A stretch of DNA of 64,000 nucleotides from Candidatus Poribacteria bacterium. GTDB taxonomy: Bacteria; Poribacteria; WGA-4E; PCPOR2b. The DNA lies in the NCBI GenBank assembly GCA_965198175.1, contig OZ240245.1, positions 3,040,001 through 3,104,000 on the forward strand, in the 5' to 3' direction. The notes under the pieces were generated by a model. The model was not told the origin of the DNA, ran no database searches, and was given only the letters and a program-made list of their open reading frames with translations. Shown one piece after another: positions 1-11,500 of the stretch; the stretch's first letter is position 1; every line of letters begins with the position of its first letter. The position numbers and the translations under genes are program-made.

Positions 1-1
1 A

Positions 2-112
2 CACGCTAAGAAGAAATTTCAGGATCGCGGTCATCGACGCGACAGGCGGCATCGTCGTCATGGAGATGACAAGTCGAAACACGATCGCGAAAAATCAGAC
101 CACCATCATTAG
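2..112 (+). CDS. 3' end of a gene running in from the window edge; His/Arg/Asp-rich C-terminal tail
   Basis: Frame 2 reads HAKKKFQDRGHRRDRRHRRHGDDKSKHDREKSDHHH-TAG(110-112) and is followed directly by a terminator-like hairpin. Confidence 0.6.
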   Translation, partial: HAKKKFQDRGHRRDRRHRRHGDDKSKHDREKSDHHH

Positions 113-126
113 GTTGGGAATGGAAT

Positions 127-188
127 GGCGGAGTTCAACCCGGATGGAGAGTAGGGATTCGTCCATTGGGGTTGGCTCCGCCTTTTTT
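127..188 (+). terminator. Rho-independent terminator-like hairpin
   Basis: GGCGGAGTTCAACCC...GGGTTGGCTCCGCC stem followed by TTTTTT. Confidence 0.7.
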
Positions 189-205
189 GTTAGGAGGCGG
201 AATCT

Positions 206-724
206 GTGATGAGGTGTCAAATTTGGTTCAAAGCTACAATACTGACTATTTCTGCGATATTGATGTCGGCGTGCGCCAGTACGAAACTGCTAGACTTAGA
301 GAAGACCTCGGATACGTTAAGCCTGTCGGCACATCAGCGTACGGTCGCAAGATTGAAAATCGAGAAGATTAAGGAACTGGTTGAGGACTATGAGTTAGAA
401 AAACAGACATTTCAGTCGGAGTTAAAAGAGCGTCGAAGCCGAATGCGCGGCGGCGGCTTTGGCAGGGGTACGGATGGCGGGAATCGCGGAAACCTTCGGT
501 CGAAGTTGCGAGCATTCAATGAGCAGCGTGCAGCGTTTCAGGAGCAGATCGACACGCTGGTTGCGGAGTTGCAGGAGATTCTTGATGAGAAGCAGCGCGA
601 GAAGTTTGGCGGCATTGAGTTGCCACAGCTGAAATCGCCTGATTTTGGTGGTAAGGGCGGGTTTGGCGGCGGGCGTAGACGTCGAGGTGGGGGCGGCGTC
701 GCATTTGGTGGATTTGGCGGGTGA
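206..724 (+). CDS. Putative lipoprotein, helical core with Gly/Arg-rich low-complexity segments
   Basis: Lipobox-like LMSAC after a hydrophobic stretch; AGGAGG upstream; coiled-coil-like core; GGFGG/RRRR tail. Confidence 0.75.
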   Translation: MMRCQIWFKATILTISAILMSACASTKLLDLEKTSDTLSLSAHQRTVARLKIEKIKELVEDYELEKQTFQSELKERRSRMRGGGFGRGTDGGNRGNLRSKLRAFNEQRAAFQEQIDTLVAELQEILDEKQREKFGGIELPQLKSPDFGGKGGFGGGRRRRGGGGVAFGGFGG

Positions 725-805
725 GTACACTGCCCTTACCGCTCATGGCTGATTCAGTATCAGTCCTATAGGCACCGATTCATGCAGAACACGAGTACGG
801 CAGAA

Positions 806-2485
806 TTAGACGCCGCCGTGTTCACGCAGTAACGCCGCAACCTTGGCGTGCCCCCGGCGTTCCGCCCATGCAAGCGGCATCGCCCAGTCTGCGCCGGCGG
901 TATTTGAGTCTGCTCCATTGTCCAGTAGCAATTTGACTAGTCTCAGGTCTCCTTCGCGCGCTGCGATGCCTAGGGGGGTTGACCGATCTTCTTCATCAAT
1001 CGCATTCACCTCGGCACCGTGTTGTATGAACATCTGTATCAGCCCTGCGGGGTCTTCTACGTGCCGTAACCCAGCGCACAGATCGTGCAACGGGGTGCGC
1101 CGCTGCCAGTCATGCAAGTTGGGATTGAGCCCGCTCTCCAGCAACTGGCGAGTCATGTGGGGTACGTGGTACAGATAACCTTTGCATGCGGTGAGCACCA
1201 CCGGCATCGGAAACCGCCGCTTCAGGAATATCCTGAGCATCGCTTCGTGCGCATCGGTGGATTTTCGCTTGTCGAGGCAGCGTCCGCATCCGCTAACGAT
1301 TGCGGTGTAGGGTGTAGTCAAGAACTCGCTGTCTTCATTTGAGAAGGGATCATCGCAGTATCGCAGGATTGCAGCAAGGGTTTCAAGGTCGCCGCGCTGT
1401 GCAATGCCCCAAGCTGCCTCTGGTCGCCCACCGTATTCGTAGAGGAGCCCTCGCATGGCATCGGAGGAAGCACGTGTTGCAGGCGTGCCGGACGAGTCAA
1501 CCTCACCGTTCGGATCGGCGCCGGCATCTAACAGCCAGCGGGTTATTTCGACATCATCGTTAACGGACGCTGTTATCAACGCGGATCCATGCGGACAGAG
1601 CCGGCTTTCCGGGAGCGAAGGGTCACCGCCGTAATCGAGCAGGTATCGGACGATCTCGCGGTGACTTCGCTCGACTGCGGCGGATAATGGGCGCTTCTGC
1701 AGCGTCTCACCGTCATTCACTGCGGCTGGATTCGCACCGACGAAAGCTCGTAAAGCATTCAAATCTCCGCGTGCCGCGGCGAGCGTTGGACTGTCGGCGG
1801 CGCCTGCGTCGAGCAGGACTTTGAGGAGAGCGACACCGCCTTCCCCGAATGACCAGTATTGGTTTCTCCAGCAGGCGTAGTGAACGGGGCGAAAGCCGTA
1901 GTGATTGACGGGGTCAATCCCTACGCCGGCGGCGAGCAGCGACCGAACAGCGCGTAGGTTGTCCGCGATGACCGCAAAGTGGAGGGCGGTTCTCCCTTTT
2001 GAGTCGCGATGGTCGGCGATTCCTGGGTTCTCCCTTAACAGTCGTGTTATTACTCCGTAGTCTCGTGTCTGAACGGCGTCGTGTAGACGCAAATCTGCGT
2101 TGGCGGATTCGTTATCAGTGGAATTGCGCAAAAATTCTGCGATATCCACGTATCCACGGTCGTCCGCCATGGTGATGAGATCGCTCACGTCCTCGTACGC
2201 GTAGGCATTCCATAGCAACTGAGCCGCCTCGAGATTTCCTTCGCGTACCCCGAAGTGGATGGGCGGCGTATACCAGAACTCGAGACGCGCGCAGTCCGGA
2301 TTTCTCTTTAGATGCTCAGTGATTGACTCCACATCGTTGCGAATTGCTGCGCAGATTAGATTCCAGTACAGCCTACCATCATCAGAATCAACACACCACT
2401 TCGGGCGGTGTATCGCGTCGATTTTTTCCTGCGGGGTGCGATCGTCACCGTCAGACTTCCTACTAGCTATCTCAGGACACATCAT
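806..2485 (-). CDS. Ankyrin-repeat protein
   Basis: Repeated GxTxLHxA / LLxxGAD motifs (GRTALHFAV, RRTPLHDLC, STPLGIAAREG); AAGGGAG upstream. Confidence 0.92.
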   Translation of the reverse strand: MMCPEIASRKSDGDDRTPQEKIDAIHRPKWCVDSDDGRLYWNLICAAIRNDVESITEHLKRNPDCARLEFWYTPPIHFGVREGNLEAAQLLWNAYAYEDVSDLITMADDRGYVDIAEFLRNSTDNESANADLRLHDAVQTRDYGVITRLLRENPGIADHRDSKGRTALHFAVIADNLRAVRSLLAAGVGIDPVNHYGFRPVHYACWRNQYWSFGEGGVALLKVLLDAGAADSPTLAAARGDLNALRAFVGANPAAVNDGETLQKRPLSAAVERSHREIVRYLLDYGGDPSLPESRLCPHGSALITASVNDDVEITRWLLDAGADPNGEVDSSGTPATRASSDAMRGLLYEYGGRPEAAWGIAQRGDLETLAAILRYCDDPFSNEDSEFLTTPYTAIVSGCGRCLDKRKSTDAHEAMLRIFLKRRFPMPVVLTACKGYLYHVPHMTRQLLESGLNPNLHDWQRRTPLHDLCAGLRHVEDPAGLIQMFIQHGAEVNAIDEEDRSTPLGIAAREGDLRLVKLLLDNGADSNTAGADWAMPLAWAERRGHAKVAALLREHGGV

Positions 2486-2955
2486 GAATTCTCCCTTGAC
2501 TTAAAATTGTATCGTGCCGATGTCGTTCACGCGGCTTCGGTGCCTACAGATGTGCGATGCTTTATTCTATCATAGGTACGGAATATTTGGATATGATTAC
2601 CCGATTTTTTTCCGTTGAGCGGCTGTTTGCGTAGAAAAGGATTGGCATTTTGTCGTTCAACGCAACCTACACAACTTTTTGCTTGATTTGAGAGAATTGT
2701 GCATCTATAATGTGTAAGTTGTGAATTGCGTTTCATTTTAAGAAGGCGCTGGTTTGCGTTGATTGGGGTTGGCTATTAATCGTTCAGCTCAATCTGCACA
2801 ATACGGGAATTTTTTCTTGCAACCCCTTCAAAAGTGCATCCGAACTTGTGTATAGGTTGAGGGATTGTTGTTTGTGATTTAGGCTTTACGGTATGCGGTT
2901 CGTGATGCTTTGACGCTGCCCCAATTTGCCACTCACAATTTAGGAGGAAAACGAG

Positions 2956-3246
2956 ATGCCGGGCATTTGGGGATTATTGGACCCAAGTTATTTTGAGGCA
3001 TTCGCTTTCTGTCTTACTCTACTCGTTGCTGTTGTGCACGTAAGCTTTGCGGTGGCAGTATTTCTGGACGCAAGAAGATTGCCACGCAAACCGATTCTCG
3101 TTTTGCCCATTGTTTGGGCTCTTGCGACACTTCTTGGCGGAGTGTTTGTCGCGGCTGTTTACTGGGTCATGCACCATTCTCGTCTGAATTCATTGGTCTC
3201 GGTAACGGCGCCAGAAGATTGGGACGATTCGCAAGATTTGGATTAG
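2956..3246 (+). CDS. Small membrane protein (2 TM helices)
   Basis: AGGAGG RBS; two hydrophobic segments; 'WALATLLGG...AAVYW' motif. Confidence 0.8.
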   Translation: MPGIWGLLDPSYFEAFAFCLTLLVAVVHVSFAVAVFLDARRLPRKPILVLPIVWALATLLGGVFVAAVYWVMHHSRLNSLVSVTAPEDWDDSQDLD

Positions 3247-3542
3247 CGTGGTTGACCACGGACATCACAATCGAAATCGCAAGAGAAATTTGCGTCGTGT
3301 TAATTTGTCGGTTCACAGTATATAGAAGCATACATTTTGTATAGCTCTTCATTAAAAGGAAAGGAGGAAGGAAATGACAACCTTAAAACGGTCGGTAATT
3401 CACCCTGACCTATCTTGTCTAAAGCTACGGTGCCTCGTCCTCCGCAATTATCGCTAAGAATTTTCATCTCTGAGTTGGTATTGAAAACGGCATAGGCACC
3501 TACACACCTGTGGGTAACTTGTGGCTAAAGGAGTAGTGATCT

Positions 3543-3914
3543 ATGCCTAAATTCAACCCGGACTTTTGGGAAGTTCCGGTTCCACCAGAGTATTTTGAGC
3601 AGTTCAGCACGGAAGATTTTTTTCGGTATCAACCAGCGGTCGATTCGCATACAGTCGAATATCGTGCCAAGCAACAGCAGGTCTTGCAGCAGATACGCCA
3701 GATTGTAGCAAACGAATTGTCATCCCGGCAGGCGCGTTGCGTGCAACTCTACTTCTATGAGGGGAAGACGCAGGAAGAAATTGGGAGCCTCCTTGGGATT
3801 GGGCGGCGAGTTGTGAGTCAACACTTGTTCGGAGTGACACGGAACGGGAAGCAGGTTGGCGGGGCAATTAATAAGATTCGACGGGTATGCCGGAAAATGG
3901 GGATTCAATTATGA
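3543..3914 (+). CDS. Stand-alone sigma-70 region 4 (HTH) domain protein
   Basis: LSSRQARCVQLYFYEGKTQEEIGSLLGIGRRVVSQHL fits the sigma region 4 HTH pattern; AAGGAG RBS; no region 2 seen. Confidence 0.8.
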   Translation: MPKFNPDFWEVPVPPEYFEQFSTEDFFRYQPAVDSHTVEYRAKQQQVLQQIRQIVANELSSRQARCVQLYFYEGKTQEEIGSLLGIGRRVVSQHLFGVTRNGKQVGGAINKIRRVCRKMGIQL

Positions 3915-4029
3915 ACCCCCTCTCGCTCCCCCTTGGCAAGGGATCAACCGAGCGAATAGCGAGGGCGATAGTCTATAGTCTTCCAAAAACTATCGCTGTC
4001 GCATGGAAAGAGAACCGGGATAAATCGGG

Positions 4030-5414
4030 TCACTCGTTCAATAACGCCAGCACTTTCGCCTCAAGGGAACCTACGATGAGAAACAGCGTTCTGATTTTGC
4101 CAGGCTTGTCGACAAAGCAGATTGTTGGAAGAGGTTCCTTTACGGCGTAGTCCTTGAACGACGCACCGAATATATCCTGCTCATCCTTTGTCTTTGTCGC
4201 GATACCAATCTGGTATCGGATTTTCTCCTTGTCAACAGCCGCTTGGATATCGGCGTGATGTTTTAGATTTTCAGACCCATGCACCCCAATTACAATAACC
4301 CCTTTGTTGCTATATTGGTCGTGGATACGATTAAGTGCAGGGAACCAAACTGCGCAAGATTCGCGGCAGGACCACAACGCCGACCAGAAATTCAGGACAA
4401 CAACCTTCCCGCGCAAGGAATTCAATGCAATCGGTTCGGTTTTTTGCCAACTGTCGATCTTCAGCTCGGGTGCGGCACTGCCCTCCAGCGGATGCGGAAA
4501 GGTATGGCTATCAAAACTAATGGTGTTTCCTGACTCATCGCGAATCATTGGTTTGTCCGGCGATAAAACTACACGCAGGTCCTCTCGATTCGCCTCGAAT
4601 TCCTCCTGATTCGAGATAGCACCTTCTCTGAACGCGTAAACACGAATGCGGCTGTGTCCGCGATATTCTCTAGACGAAAGTTCCCCTCTGAGTCAGAGAT
4701 GGCGTTTACCGCTGTGTTAGGTCCTTGAGCGACAATGCGTGTTGCGCCGATAGGCTTGCCCTGCCAGTCGACAACCTGTCCGGCAATGAAGTGTTCTGCT
4801 TTAGGCAAAACAAGCACTGGAACTTTGTGATCGCCTTCTTGCAAAGTAAACCATTCGGATGAGGCTCTTCCATATCCGGCTGCGGTGGCATGAATCTGAT
4901 ATGCTCCACCGACTTCCAACCACGTTGTTCCAAATGTGAATGTCGGACCGACGGTGAAATTTCCACCTGAGTCAGTTTCTGCAATCGGTGAATCGGGCGC
5001 GGTAGTGGCTGTGCCTCCGAACCCCTCCTCCCAACTCAATCCGATATCGGCATGGGCAATTGGACTGTCGCGCTCGTCGATTACTTGACTGACGATGACA
5101 GCCTTAGGTCGGGGAGCAAGTGTAATTGCGACAACTTCAACCTGTTGCCTCGACCAAGTCGCTCTGCCGTAGAGATTCTTATGCTCGCCAATGATGACTA
5201 AATTTTCAGATTCTTCACGTGCTGGTATGCCCTTCAACGTAAAGTGTCCGCGCTCATCTGTCGCCGTGTTATTCGGTAATTCGATTAGACCCTTGATTGG
5301 AATGATATATGCCCGGACAGATGCGCCATCAAAATCTCCGATGTGTTGGATTGGCGTGTAACCGCCAAGTGTACGTTTATTAAGACGCGGATTCTGGACG
5401 GATGTTCCCGTCAA
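4030..5414 (-). pseudogene. Frameshifted carboxypeptidase-regulatory-like (beta-sandwich) repeats + TlpA/redoxin domain gene
   Basis: ORF 4569-5414 has TDxxGxF repeats; ORF 4030-4548 has a TlpA-like LRGKVVVLNFW...PTICFVDKPGKIR; the downstream frame stays open upstream across the junction (RIRVYAFREGAISNQEEFEANREDLRVVLSPDKPMIR). Confidence 0.7.
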
Positions 5415-5552
5415 GACAGAATCTTTTTTGCGTAAAGAACACGCATTGGTCTGGATATTGGAAAGAAGGGGTAGGATACAACCGAGTAATGGGCTAGAAG
5501 AAGCAGGGTAGAATGAGCATGACCCAGACCGTAAAGACTAACTATGGCGGCG

Positions 5553-8500
5553 TTAAAAGGTACGCTGCAACTGGACTCCGGTCCGAGAATCACGACGCAG
5601 GCGGTCGAATGTATCAAGGTTGGACGATTGAATCTCTTGATTTTTGTGATTGAGGTGCTGGCGATAGTCTGTCGCTGCTCGTGGGCTGGGTGTGGTTTCT
5701 GATTCGGACGACTGGGGTCCAAGCCACACATCGCTGCGATGGAAGGCATAGCGGTTCATTCCGTCGCGGGCGATGACCGTTGTCTTGCCGTGTAGACCAT
5801 CGGCGATGAAGATCCCGCGGAGATCGGTTTCGCCGGAGATGAGATGTTCATTCTCGGAAGAAGCGACTTTAACATGTACCTTGGACTGGTAATTCCCCGA
5901 AACTGTGTCCCGTACGATGACACGCACGCGACCACTCTCTTCGCCCTCCTGTACCTCAATCTTCAACGGCGTAATCAAGACTAATCCGCTAGTGAACAGA
6001 TTGCCGCCTCGGCAGGTGACGAGGTACGCTCCCTCGTCCGTGATGGGCAGAGGGAATCCGCCGGATACCTCTCTGAAACCATCCTCGTCGCCAAATTCAA
6101 CGGTTTGGCTGAAGTCGGGCTCGATACCTGCGAGGTGCACATTGGCGATGCGACCGAGGTCTTTTTCGCGCAGGAAGAGATTCATTAGATTGATTCGGTA
6201 GACTTCAATCACCGCCGAGCTAATGTTCCGAAGTTTGAAGTCCAACACTACATCTGCATTCGGTTCCGGGCGTTTGACTGTGACTTGGGGGAAGGCAATC
6301 TGCTGTGCTTCAAAGTGGGCGATGGATTCATCTGCGTCAGGGTAGATTTTCCTGACTTTGCTGTACCATTCAATCGCTTTCTGCGGTTTGTCCTGTGCGT
6401 GATAGATTTGCCCGATGATGTAACGCGCAAAGTCTCGGTCTTCGCTTTCGCCGGATGCGACGCGTGCCGCCGCTGCGACTGCGTTATCGTAGTCATTCAG
6501 CGCGAATAGTCCGAGCGCCTCCACATACTGGAAACTGCTCAGGAGATTACTATCGGAGTGATTCGCCTGAATCATTTGACATAACTGCACTACACTCCGG
6601 AAATCTTCGACATCTAGTAGAGCGTTCGCCAGAGAAAATGCGGCATCGTCGGCAAGCGGGTTTGTCGGGTACAGGGTCAAGAATTCAGAGAGCATCCGCA
6701 CTGTCCGATTTAGGTTTTCCGATTTGGAGATTGTCTCTGATTTTGCATCGTTGACACGCTTGACCTCCCTGTCTACACTCGCATAGAGCGACTGTGCAAT
6801 TGCAAAGTAGGCGGGGATGGTCGTTGCGGTGTCGGGATATTCTCGCCACAAACCTTCTATGTGGTACAACGAACGCAGAAACTCGCCTTCGTCCTGAATT
6901 GTCGCGCTGACACCCACGTCGTTGGCGAAGCTGGATTCGATTGTGGAACGATGAACCGACATTGCACGCTCAAACTCTCCAATGTCGCGATATGCTGAAC
7001 TGACCATTTGAATCTTGTCAAATGGAATGTAGAGCTCGGGATAACGGTCGCGAGTGCGTTCAAACGCGTCGACGACGTTCTTTGCTCCGTAGTCGTCTTC
7101 TGTGGTGTATATCCACAACAGCATCTGAGCGGTCTCTTTCGCGTTGTAATGCGGGCTGTCAGTGGGGAGCGCTTCAAGCATGGGCCGTGCTTCATCATAT
7201 TGACCGTCATCGAAATAGGCTTTTCCTAGTGCGTAGTATTCCGCGCTGTTCATTTCGTAGGAGGTGCTAGATTTCTCGCCCGGCGCTAATACGCTCAGCG
7301 AAGCCACTGGTCCGAGCCGCATATCACCCGGGTGTTCAGGGTCCCGGATGACGGTAGGTAGGACGCGGAATTCGCCGGGCGCGTAGCTAACTAGCTGATA
7401 GCTGTAGCCGGTGAGTGGCGCCCCGCGCCGCGTGTAGAAACGGATTACGCCGTCTCCGAGCTCGTAGCGCTGGAACTCGCCCACAACACTTCCGTCGACG
7501 ACAATCGTTCCTGCTGGAAAGAACTCATCGACAACAAGATATCGATCATATTCCCCGATGTCAGGCGTACCGGCGCTCTGTTCATGAACAATATCTACAG
7601 CGACCTGCACCTTAGCCCCGGCTTCCAAGCGGGTAATCTCTGTCGTACTCTGCGCCGCTATCGGTTTGCCCTGATATTGGAGCGGCGGATGAATGTAACG
7701 GCGGGTAATTTCTACGTTTTTCAAGCTCTCGTCAGTTTTCGAATCGGTGCTGACCCAGCTCGGAATGACAGGGGCAAACCCGTTGATAGTGACGAGGTAA
7801 GTATAGGTCCCACGTCCGTTGATTCGCATTTCGACGCGGTTCCGTCCGTCGAGAATCTGAACGGTTGGTACATGAATTAGACGGTTAGCGGAATCCGCCT
7901 GAACGGCAGTTGTTTCGAGCGGCTCACCGTTCACGAGAAGGCTTAGTCTGTAGTCATCTGCGGCGTATTGCGTCGTCTGAAAGTAGGTTGCTAGTGCGGC
8001 GACGACGGCACCTTTCGCGGCGTAAGGCGAATAACCGTAGTAACGGCGCTGGCCAATTAGGTATTCGACAGCATCTTTAACCCACGTCGAATTTGGTCGG
8101 GCTGCTTGCATTCCTAACAGCGCCAATGCAACCGTCTCGACTGGACCTCGGGCTGCGATCGACGAAGAATTTTTCGCGTTTCCCTGTTGCTCGGGCAACA
8201 AGCTGCGACGTTCCAATATGTCAAGCAACTCGCCTGCAATCACCAGTCTATTTAGATTGACGAAGACCAGTGCGGCGTGCACCAACGCGGTGTCGGACAG
8301 TTGATTCCGGCGTCGATAAAGGCGGTTTGCGTCATCGAAATCCACGGTGCCGATCGTTGAGATGGCATGAAGAATCACCGCTCGTGTATCGTTGTCGCTC
8401 TGATTGATCTGGACTAGAGCCTCCTTGAGGTAGTTTTCAGCGTTTGCGAACACTTGGTCGTCAACGGCGGCGCCACCGTCACGCGCCGTTGCCAGCGCCC

Positions 8501-11500
8501 AGAGATTGCGTGCCGTTACGCTGGGGTAGCTCTCTGCCACACCGCGGATCAGACTCCACCCGCCATCTTCATTTTGTGCCGTCACGAGTCGGTTGACTAG
8601 CGTCCGTGCACGTGTGAGCAACCTGCGGTTATCGATTGGATTATCGCCCACCGCTTGTTGATAGCGGAGTGCGTACGCCACAGCAAGTAGGTCGCTGCCG
8701 GAATCGCTCGGAATGATGACGGGTCGAGTGATAGACCCGCTCTGGAACGGTCGGGGAAGGTCGTTCAGTGCTAGGTCATAGATAATGCGTGAAACAGTCG
8801 GTCCTATGCTGATTGTTAGCCCTTTTCGTGTGTATCGCTGATCGGACGGTAGTTCGACGTAAACGGTTGCATCGCCAGTCGCCGTGCCGCTTTGCGCATC
8901 CATAAATTCCAGACCCCATGGACGAATTGTGATTTTGCGCCGGATTCCATCACGCAATGAGCCTGCGGTTGCCGTTACCTCAACCGTGAGTTGGCTTTGA
9001 TTTGAGCTAGCGTGCAGTTTTCCCGCGGGGATGGTGAATCCGTCGAAGATGATCTCTGATGTGTCATGCGCTGATATTGTAATTTGTTTGTGATCTCCGT
9101 ATGCAGGCTGCGATTCGTCAACTGAGAGCGAGAGTTTAACTTCGGCATCGCCTTCGTAATCGGATAGGTTGTGAAGCCGGACGCCTACCCGGAGTGCATC
9201 TCCTTCTGTGACACTCGAGGGAGTTTGTACATCAATGAAGAATTCTTGTTGCGTAATTGCGTTCACCGTGACTTGTCCAACAAGCGTGTCAACGGTGGAA
9301 CCACGTCCCGTCAGCCGCCATTTGGCAGTTTTCTCCGGCATCGGGATGGTCACGGTTGCTAAGCCAGAATCGTCTGTGATGACGCTGCCAATCCAATGAC
9401 CGGCATAGTCAGATTCTTCTCGAACCTGCGGTTTATCAAGTGAACGCATCGCACTGGTGCGTAATCGGCGCATTACCGGTTGACCAACAGATGGGCGCAC
9501 GTGCTTCTCTACACGTTCACTTTGTGCAATATCATCATCATCATCAGCAGCAGCAGCAGCTTCTTCAACGAGGGCCTCCCTTGCGCTTGACATATCCGCT
9601 GCTACTGTCAATCGTCGTTTTTCAACCAAAATCTCCTGAACTACGGGTCGCGTTATTGGCCTGTATAGGAAAACACAGCTTGACATGGTCCGCATTGCGG
9701 ATTCGCGTCGAAGACCTTTTTGAAAGAAGTCGTTAATGTGCATGACAGTATCTTTATAGACGGCGAACAGCGCTTCGTCCACGAGCGCGAGGGAAAACTC
9801 GGCTTTGACGGGCACCCCAAGTTGATCAGTGGCGCGGACTTGGAGTTCCGCGACTTCACCGGGCAGATAGCTGGGAAGGGGATCGTTGTTCTCGGATTCA
9901 GGATTGTTCCTCTTCCAAGAGACATCCAAGTTCAATTGACGCTGGACAGTGAAGTGTTTTTTGTTCTTACGGAGTTGACGATTGTCGATAGCTGCCACGG
10001 CAAGATAGAAATCCGGGAAATGTTCATGTCCTACCGCGACCTGCATCGTGTTCATCCCCGGTTTCAACATAACCACATCGTAGTCAATGATGGTTTCGCC
10101 TTCAAACGTGATTAGCGTGTGGACGGGCTTCAGACGCGAGTGGATGCGAACGGTTTCGGATGCGCCCACCTTCGTTTTGGTACGCTCGGTAAAAATGCGG
10201 AGTTTGATGCCATCTGCCTCATCGGAGATGGTGACGCGACTGGAGCCGACGACGGGTTGTCCGAACCGATCGACTCCATGCGCGCGCATGTAATACTCAC
10301 CACCTTTGTCTAGTGTCAACTGAATTGTGCCGGTGCCTGTCTGTGCATCTGTCTGCAGGCTGTGTTCTTGGATGATGACCTCCGTAGAACGCGATAAACC
10401 GCGGCTGATAGACCAAGGCAGCCCTGACAGCACCGGTGAAACGGAGTCGTTCGGCTTTTGTTGTACGACCCGCAGGCTAAGTTTTTTTTCGACCGGTTGA
10501 CCATCAGCGCCGTCGGTCCGAAATGTCACGTTGAAAGGTTCGCCGGAGAGAATAAGGTTTGCATCAGGTTTCACCGAAATCGAAAAACCGAGATGCGCGA
10601 GCGTCACAGCGGCTCTAACGCTGGCATTTTCTCCCGGAACTGTCCCACTGAAATGAAGTAGTTTTCCGGGTTGCATTGATTTCGTATCGAAATCGACCTT
10701 CAGTTTTCCCTGATTGTCCGCGGTTGCGGTATAGCTCCGTCCATCGGGAAGTTTGTACTGAATTTGCGCGTTCTTCACCGGCTGACCGTAGTAGTATTGT
10801 GCTGTAAAGGCGGCTTCCACCTGCTCCCCGCGGAAGTAAACGCGGCGTGGAAAATCGAGCAGCAACTGCACTTTTTCGAGTTGAAAACGCTGAACTTGAA
10901 AGGCACCCGTGAATATATAGCTTTCGATTTCCTGCTTACGATCCGGATCGTATTTTACCACGCGAATCCGGTATTCTCCGACGTGGGCAGACTCATCAAG
11001 CTCCATTTCCGTGTCGAACCCGCCAAATTGTGAGAGTTTGACCTCCTCTTGATAGATTAGTCGTCCCCGAGCATCGATGACAGAGACGTTGTAATGCGCG
11101 TCATCCGGGACGACATAGGCGCCTTCGCTGACATCACGGATAATGGCGCGGATTGAGACGGATTCACCCGGGCCGTATGCTGGACGGTCAGTGTAGATAT
11201 AGCCGCGCGGCGTTAATCCCTTGTTGAAGCCGATGCCTGAGAGGATTAACCCATCTGCGGCGGCATGTCCCTCCTTGGAGACGAATGCCGCCACCCAACT
11301 CGTTTCCTTCAGCTGGTTTTCCTGAAGCGAATAATTCGAAATGGCAGCTTCTGTCGAATGAAGCACACCGTCTTTTCCGGTGACGCCTTCGAAGATTACG
11401 CTTGAACCATTACTAACAAGGACTTTCGCGTCGGTGACCACCTCCGCCTTTACAACATCTTGCACGAAAATGAGCGCTTCACGGCGCGATGTCTTGGTGA

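Noticed and set aside
2654..2670. GTAG-type REP half-site (CGTTCAACGCAACCTAC), with a similar one near 31907
   Set aside because: Partner arm is missing or degenerate; too short to support
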